DNA from: a plasmid
Sequence record: NZ_CP090008.1
Reading direction: 5' to 3' (one strand)
Length of the DNA: 64,000 bases
Shown: in pieces, positions 58,380 to 64,000 of the stretch
How the letters are laid out: every line of letters begins with the position of its first letter
How positions within the stretch are numbered: position 1 is the first letter of the stretch
The notes under the pieces: model-generated
Told to the model about the DNA's origin: nothing
Database searches by the model: none
Seen by the model: only the letters and a program-made list of their open reading frames with translations
Translations under genes and position numbers: made by a program

Positions 58380-58562
58380 CTAGCCACACTTCACATTGTT
58401 CGTTGTGCATTCATAAGATCCTGTAAACCAACGTCCACAACGTCCCGCCAATGTAAGTTGAACAGCTGTAAACCAACCAGAACCTGATTTACCAGAAAGC
58501 TCTTGGTTTTTTACTTCAAAATCAAGTGTATCAATTTCTTTACGATTGTTATTTTTTCTCAT
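58380..58562 (-). CDS. lanA3: Lanthipeptide precursor LanA3 (…GKSGSG|WFTAVQLTLAGRCGRWFTGSYECTTNNVKCG)
   Basis: ORF track; conserved leader and core. Confidence 0.8.
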   Translation of the reverse strand: MRKNNNRKEIDTLDFEVKNQELSGKSGSGWFTAVQLTLAGRCGRWFTGSYECTTNNVKCG

Positions 58563-58719
58563 TTTCTTCTACTCCTACTCACTATGGTTTAAACCTAGTT
58601 CTATACTCTCCAAAGAAAATGAAAATTTAAGTAAAAGAATCATTAAAAACAGTTTAATTTCTACAAAGTTATATTAACTTAAAATTTCATTTTCAAATTG
58701 ATGAGCATCGAAATCTAGG

Positions 58720-58902
58720 CTATCCGCATTTCACATTGTTCGTTGTGCATTCGAAAGAACCTGTGAACCAACGTCCACAACGTCCCGCCAATGTAAGTTG
58801 AACAGCTGTAAACCAACCAGAACCTGATTTCCCGGAAAGTTCTTGGTTTTCAACCTCGAAACTTAGAGAATCAATCTCTGGACGACTTGTATTTTTAGCC
58901 AT
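58720..58902 (-). CDS. lanA4: Lanthipeptide precursor LanA4 (…GKSGSG|WFTAVQLTLAGRCGRWFTGSFECTTNNVKCG)
   Basis: ORF track; 1 aa different core from A3. Confidence 0.8.
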   Translation of the reverse strand: MAKNTSRPEIDSLSFEVENQELSGKSGSGWFTAVQLTLAGRCGRWFTGSFECTTNNVKCG

Positions 58903-59049
58903 AAGGTTGCCTCCTTCCTTCTTTTAGATGATCATCTTTACAGTAACTAGTATAAACTCTAGTATTGGCTAAGTAATGAGTAAATCGTGCAAGTTTCTTA
59001 TTTTCGAGAAAAATTTTTATAGTGCCCAAAAAAAAACCTGCCAAATTAA

Positions 59050-59072
59050 TTTTTGGTAGGGTTTTTGGTAGG
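59050..59072. promoter_or_regulatory. Tandem direct repeat TTTTTGGTAGG x2 (12-bp phase) overlapping -35 region of lanA operon promoter; candidate response-regulator box
   Basis: On coding (minus) strand: CCTACCAAAAA-C-CCTACCAAAAA then ~30 nt then TATAAA. Confidence 0.5.
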
Positions 59073-59275
59073 AAACTAAATTAATTTATCAGTTTCTAAA
59101 ATGTGTTCACGATTCTAAAAGGCTGATACTATAGTATTCCGAATTCTATTTGGTATATGCCTCTTATTTAAGACTAATTATATCTCCCGCATTTGCTAAT
59201 AACAGTAAAGTGCTTCTTCAGAAAAACTTATATTAAATTCGTATTAAGCATATAGTAAACATATTAAGACTAGTA

Positions 59276-60440
59276 GTGAAGAAATTTCCGACGGGAGAGA
59301 GTACTCACTACTTTTTCTTTATGTTAAAGTAGTGGTGTCTTGTAAAGTCGTAGGAATCTATGGTACTAGACGTCGAGTATTGAAAATGAAATCACTAAAA
59401 CATGGAATTATTCAAGACAAAAGAGGTAATGTCATGCGTGCAGTATTTGGAATTGATGTAAGTAAAACAAGTTCTGAGGTGGCAATTTTAGTCAACTGTT
59501 AGAAGGTTCATGGCTACACCATACTCAATGATGCCACTGGATTCAATAGCCTGTTGGGTGACTTAAAAACTGTTCATAATCCTGAGATTATATTTGAGAC
59601 TACAGGCTTCTATTCTCGACGTCTTCAAGCCTTTCTTGAGGAATATAGTTACGCTTACACTCAGCTAAATCCGCTGGAAGCTAAGAAGTAATTGAATAGT
59701 TTGTGAGTTCGTAAAGCAGATAAAATTGACGCTGAAAAGTTGGCTAATTCTTAGCTTGTGCACAATCGTAAACCAACTTACGTGCAGCAAGAAGTTTATC
59801 AACACCTACGTGATTTAAGCCGTTTCTATCAAAATATGAATGAAGATCTTGTTCGAGCTAAAAATCGTCTGCACAAGGTTCTACAAATCACTTTTCCTGA
59901 ATTGGAGAATCTATTATCCACACCTACTTGAGAGCAATATTGGAACTTAGTGATGGCTTTTCCATGCAAAGAGTTTGTATTAAGCATATCTCTAAGTGAC
60001 TTGTGTGAGATTATCCAGCAATCTACCTCAAAACGTATCTCTTAAAAGAGTATTGCTTACCTGACTGATAAACTTTTAAAACTCGCTAAACAATCTTTTT
60101 GTGCAATCAAGAAAACCTCTCCAATGCTTGAAGAGGTTCGTTCCTATTCTCAAGAATTACTTCGTCTTTCTGAACGCAGACAAGTTGTCTTAAACGACAT
60201 GGTAGCTCTAGCTCAGCCTTTACCAGAGCATGACATCTTACGGTCAATTCCTGACATCGCAGAAACCACAGTGAAATCTAACATAGGCGAATTGGGAAAT
60301 ATTCGTTGCTTTCAGTCTACCAATTCATGCAATATTGCTGACTTTTATGAGAAACGAAAAAGACAATACCTTTAACAAATCCTCATGCAGTTCCATCAAT
60401 ACATCGTCTCATTCAGACAATGTTTTACCTCAAGTACCTA
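59276..60440 (+). pseudogene. IS110-family insertion sequence with multiply interrupted transposase (several in-frame stops)
   Basis: MRAVFGIDVSK… (DEDD N-domain) with stops; C-terminal 83-aa ORF; 5' hairpin AGTAGTGA…TCACTACT. Confidence 0.7.
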
Positions 60441-60673
60441 ACCTTTATCATCCCTGCTAAAAAAACGATCAAGTTTGACTATCCATTTAATTGTATCTCC
60501 TTATAAATAGGGTCTCGTTTTTTTGAGTGATTAATTTCTAAGTTACTATGAAGAATATAGCATTAGCTTTAAACACCCCTTCACATAATATTTTGTGTCT
60601 AAAAAGTATTGATTTGTCTTAGGCCTGAAAAGTACTTAAAATTATATCCCTTCCCCTTTATTCATTCTAAATA

Positions 60674-61402
60674 CTATTTAAATACTACACTTTCTGAGTT
60701 GTATAATAGTTTACCGCTAGAGAAACGAAGTTGAGAACTCCTTAAAAATCTTTTTTCAATCACTTCATCTACTGCAGCATCGTCAAAATGGATGACTTCT
60801 CCGACTTTTTTCAAACATCCAGCTTCACTTGAATCAAGTAAGCTAAAGATTTTCGCTAGATCTGGAACTTCTCCGACACCAGCGTATTTAAACAATTCGG
60901 CTAGAGGAATGTAATTAGTTAGCGTCTTAAGTGGTAAATTCTTAACATATTCCCTACAACCTTTCATGAAGGCTAATTTTTTTACTTCATTTTGTTGACG
61001 ACTATTTGTCAAACTAGAAATCCTTACTTGGACTTCTTTTGAAGCTAGGTTATTTTGTCCCGCAAGCAACATATCAAATAGCATATATTGATAGTACGTT
61101 GATATCACATCTTTAGCTATGGCTTTAGCTTCAGTCTCTGGTTTTCCCTCTTCGATTAGCTTTCTCCAGAGTTTATCAGAAATATCTCTAGTTGCCTGAT
61201 AAAACCATGGTGATCCAAACTTCTTATATCGAGTAATTGCAAATGGTCCTTCTGAATCAAGCATATACTCAATAATGGTTCGGCATAGGTCATCATTAAA
61301 TTTATAAATAAATGATTCTAACTTTTCTTCTAGGTCTTCTAAAGTAATTATCTTTGGATTATTGGCTGCTGTTGTCATTGTCCTACTCTTATTTTCAATC
61401 AA
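60674..61402 (-). CDS. Hypothetical protein downstream of Cro-like regulator
   Basis: ORF. Confidence 0.45.
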   Translation of the reverse strand: MIENKSRTMTTAANNPKIITLEDLEEKLESFIYKFNDDLCRTIIEYMLDSEGPFAITRYKKFGSPWFYQATRDISDKLWRKLIEEGKPETEAKAIAKDVISTYYQYMLFDMLLAGQNNLASKEVQVRISSLTNSRQQNEVKKLAFMKGCREYVKNLPLKTLTNYIPLAELFKYAGVGEVPDLAKIFSLLDSSEAGCLKKVGEVIHFDDAAVDEVIEKRFLRSSQLRFSSGKLLYNSESVVFK

Positions 61403-61445
61403 AAAAATTGGTATTTACTTCGTTACACTTGATTAGTAATTAATA

Positions 61446-61634
61446 TTATCTTGTTCCTAAAATATCGTCAGTAGATACACCAAAATACTCGGCTATAGCT
61501 ATAACGTTTTCCATACGTATATTAGCTCCATTCTCCCACTTGTCAATAGTCCCTGCATCGACATCTAGGTCATGAGCTAAGGTTTTCTTTGACAATTTCC
61601 GTCGTTGTCTCAAGTCCGAAATAATATTTCCCAT
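61446..61634 (-). CDS. Small XRE/Cro-like HTH regulator (62 aa)
   Basis: LSKKTLAHDLDVDAGTIDKWENG. Confidence 0.7.
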   Translation of the reverse strand: MGNIISDLRQRRKLSKKTLAHDLDVDAGTIDKWENGANIRMENVIAIAEYFGVSTDDILGTR

Positions 61635-61983
61635 GTATATATAACCTGCCTAATCAATATAGTCCTGAAATGATTTTACTATTTTTATGGCAAACAATCA
61701 AGAAAAGTTCATAATAAAATTACACCTAACTCATATTTTTTTAATTAAAAAGCTATGATTTTCTACTAAAACATGGATTTGTTTTAATTATAACTTAGCG
61801 TTAAATTAGTAATTATTTCATTTTCATTCAGTTTGCAACCGTCTTATATAGATATTTTATACAGTCTATAAAGTCTTTTGAATACTGTTATTTCTACATT
61901 TGTTTATTGTTTCTAAAACTGCTATAATGATTTTGATTATAAAAAATTATAATTTTTTTAGGAAGATGTTATAGGGATAATAC

Positions 61984-62778
61984 ATGAAAGAGTGTAAAGA
62001 TAGTAATAATTTAATGGGGGAAATGTTTACTGACCGATTAATTAAACTCCGACAAGCTAGAGGTTGGACTAAAAAGGAATTTAGTGCCAAAATAGGGAAA
62101 ACACAACAAACCGTTGGAAAGTGGGAAAACGGAAGTAATGCCCCTACATTCAAAGATCTTGTGAAGTTAGTTGGATTATTTGGGGTGACGTCAGACTACT
62201 TACTAGGATTATCGGACTCACCAAGCAAGTACGCTTACCCACCAATTAATGACAATAAGCAAGAGCAAGTAGAGGAAATGTTTAAGGAACTTGATGAAGG
62301 AAACCAAGATGCGACTGTTGATTTCATAGAAAATCGATTAGATAATCAGCACATCTCTAAAGAAATCAAAGAAAACGACCTTAAAAAACAAATAGGCATT
62401 AACGAGGAACGACCAACAAAAAGGGTCAGTATTTATGCTAGAGTCGATGCACAAGGCTTTGAATTATCAGAAGTCCCAGTTGACTGTCTTGACTACCCTG
62501 TGCCTATACCAGTACATGATATAGCACTTAAGGTTGTCGGTAATTCCATGGAACCTATTTTTTTCGATGATGAAGTGATATTTGTTATGAAGAACTCTAT
62601 CCTCCGAACAGGTGATATCGCTATTATACGGTTAGATAGTCGGTACTGCGTAATGAAGGTATGTAAAAATAGCGAAAATGGTGACATTATTCTTAACTCG
62701 CTAAATACTGATGAGACAGCTATCACTCTTACCAAGAAGAAAAGCTGCACTATCTTTGGTAAAGTTGTCCTAATGTAA
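61984..62778 (+). CDS. CI/LexA-like repressor: N-terminal HTH-XRE + C-terminal S24 peptidase domain
   Basis: HTH WTKKEFSAKIGKTQQTVGKWENG; S24 motif VVGNSMEP; divergent from Cro-like gene across 350-bp AT-rich region. Confidence 0.75.
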   Translation: MKECKDSNNLMGEMFTDRLIKLRQARGWTKKEFSAKIGKTQQTVGKWENGSNAPTFKDLVKLVGLFGVTSDYLLGLSDSPSKYAYPPINDNKQEQVEEMFKELDEGNQDATVDFIENRLDNQHISKEIKENDLKKQIGINEERPTKRVSIYARVDAQGFELSEVPVDCLDYPVPIPVHDIALKVVGNSMEPIFFDDEVIFVMKNSILRTGDIAIIRLDSRYCVMKVCKNSENGDIILNSLNTDETAITLTKKKSCTIFGKVVLM

Positions 62779-62847
62779 GTTTGGTCTTTAAATAGTAAAG
62801 AAGTATAAGTAAAACTTTATAATCCATATAATAGCGAATACAAGAGA

Positions 62848-62878
62848 AAACGGCAACCCCAATAGAGTTGCCGTTTTC
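62848..62878 (+). terminator. Rho-independent terminator
   Basis: AACGGCAACcccaatagaGTTGCCGTTttct. Confidence 0.65.
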
Positions 62879-63172
62879 TGCAGTACATAACTTACAGAAA
62901 TAAAAGAAAGTAACTTCATTATACTTTCTTTCTGCTAAAATCTCAATAGTTGCAAAATATATCTTAACTTAACCTTCAGCTATTTTTTTAAGCAATATGA
63001 ATCTCAAAATAATAAGGAGAAACGTAAATTGACTTAGATCAGTGATTTTGATAAAATTGTGTTAGAAAAAAGAAGTTGAGGAGTCACTCAACTTCCATGT
63101 AAAGCCGTTAAAAAGACGGTGGCTAGTTTAAACGAAGATAATCCGTCTTACTTCGCCAAAAGTGGGGACGGA

Positions 63173-63277
63173 TTATTTTTTGTCATCGTCTTTAAAGAGT
63201 TTGTAGCATAAACCTATTAGAACGATGGTAAAACTACCTAAGCCTAGGATGGTTTGCACAATCTCAAACGCTGTCAA
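63173..63277 (-). CDS. Candidate Fst/Ldr-like type I toxin peptide (34 aa; (M/L)TAFEIVQTILGLGSFTIVLIGLCYKLFKDDDKK), TTG start
   Basis: SD GGAGAG; single TM + charged DDDKK tail; convergent hairpin/terminator 63138-63182 suits antisense RNA. Confidence 0.35.
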   Translation of the reverse strand: MTAFEIVQTILGLGSFTIVLIGLCYKLFKDDDKK

Positions 63278-64000
63278 AATGACTCTCCTTTCTACTAGAT
63301 TTTGAATGCTTGCCCATAGGCATCACTCCTCTCTAATGAATGAAAGCCACCGTCTATCACTTTTCTGCATAAAAGAGTATATCAAATCCATATGATAAAT
63401 CTATATATAATAGTTTAGCTCCTTCCATTGCGAAAAAGAGCTAATATTTTTATTTTCAAATAGACTTTCAACTTGATAAAACATTAATCGAAAAAGTTAC
63501 TTTTCATCCTTCAAAAATTTATTTTAAACATAGAAGTATCACGCTAGCCACAACTTTCCCGCTAAAATTGTTCACAAAGTAACAATTGTCATTACCCCTG
63601 TGCTCCCGCACCTCAAGCAAAAACGCAAGAGAAACTCTTACGTTTTTGTTGCATTAATATTCCACAGTTTACTTATCTATCTTGGGAGATGGTACATAGA
63701 TAAACTATCTAAGAAGTAATATAGCACAATATAATCTAAATGGCAATCGTCATATAATCTAATTCTATTGTTTTCTCATTTACAAAGTAATTATTTAGCC
63801 ACATAAATCTAATTATCAATTCGTCATCAAAATCTAAAATATTATTAGATTACTAATTATGAACATCTTTGAGTTGAGGTATCCTTAATTACAATTTAAC
63901 TAGTCATAGATTAAAATGAGGTTTACCAAATGTCCAATTTTTGTTTTTAAATCTATTATACAAGTAATTATTCTGAAATAGAGTGAAGGGCTTGTTTGAA

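Noticed and set aside
57770-58910. Regularly spaced ~180-bp repeats (possible CRISPR-like array?)
   Set aside because: Repeats are four paralogous lanA coding genes with their own RBSs, not short direct repeats with unique spacers.

Overview
This 64 kb window is low-GC Firmicutes accessory DNA that looks Streptococcus-like, probably mitis group or pneumococcus: it carries a PezAT-type toxin-antitoxin pair, LPXTG surface proteins and IS3/IS30/IS110 debris. It falls into three blocks.

(1) ~0-34 kb is an island flanked by ~200 bp diverged direct repeats, with a tyrosine integrase and an XRE regulator at its right end. At its left end is a very AT-rich operon (540-7710). That operon encodes an HTH regulator, a clear QueA (SAM:tRNA ribosyltransferase-isomerase) homolog, two PqqD-like peptide-binding (RRE) proteins, two thymidylate-synthase-fold proteins, a thymidylate-kinase-like P-loop kinase, a pol-beta nucleotidyltransferase, an APH-like kinase and a CYTH-Nudix fusion. 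It also has two Shine-Dalgarno-led short peptides (24 aa and 20 aa) that are not in the ORF track, each followed by a hairpin. An IS30 pseudogene and a three-gene ABC-2 exporter follow. I consider this the most likely undescribed system here: a candidate peptide-nucleotide or modified-nucleoside (RiPP-like) biosynthetic cluster. The rest of the island carries a degraded MmeI/PglX-like gene fragment, three LPXTG surface proteins, a Y-family polymerase with a YolD-like partner, and IS debris.

(2) ~35.7-47.2 kb is a second mobile module with a tyrosine recombinase, SAM methyltransferase, PezAT, a Toprim primase-like protein with a degenerate zinc finger, and hypothetical proteins.

(3) ~47.3-59.1 kb is a complete class II lanthipeptide locus on the minus strand: four tandem lanA paralogs, a 35-aa membrane peptide, lanFE-like ABC, lanK/lanR, lanM and lanT with a C39 peptidase domain. 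Its layout is reminiscent of the pneumolancidin-type loci of streptococci. It is followed by an IS110 pseudogene, a cI/cro-like switch and a candidate Fst-like type I toxin.

A recurring promoter-proximal motif, GGTGTCACTGGGTT followed by 21-22 nt and a TATAAT-like -10, occurs three times.
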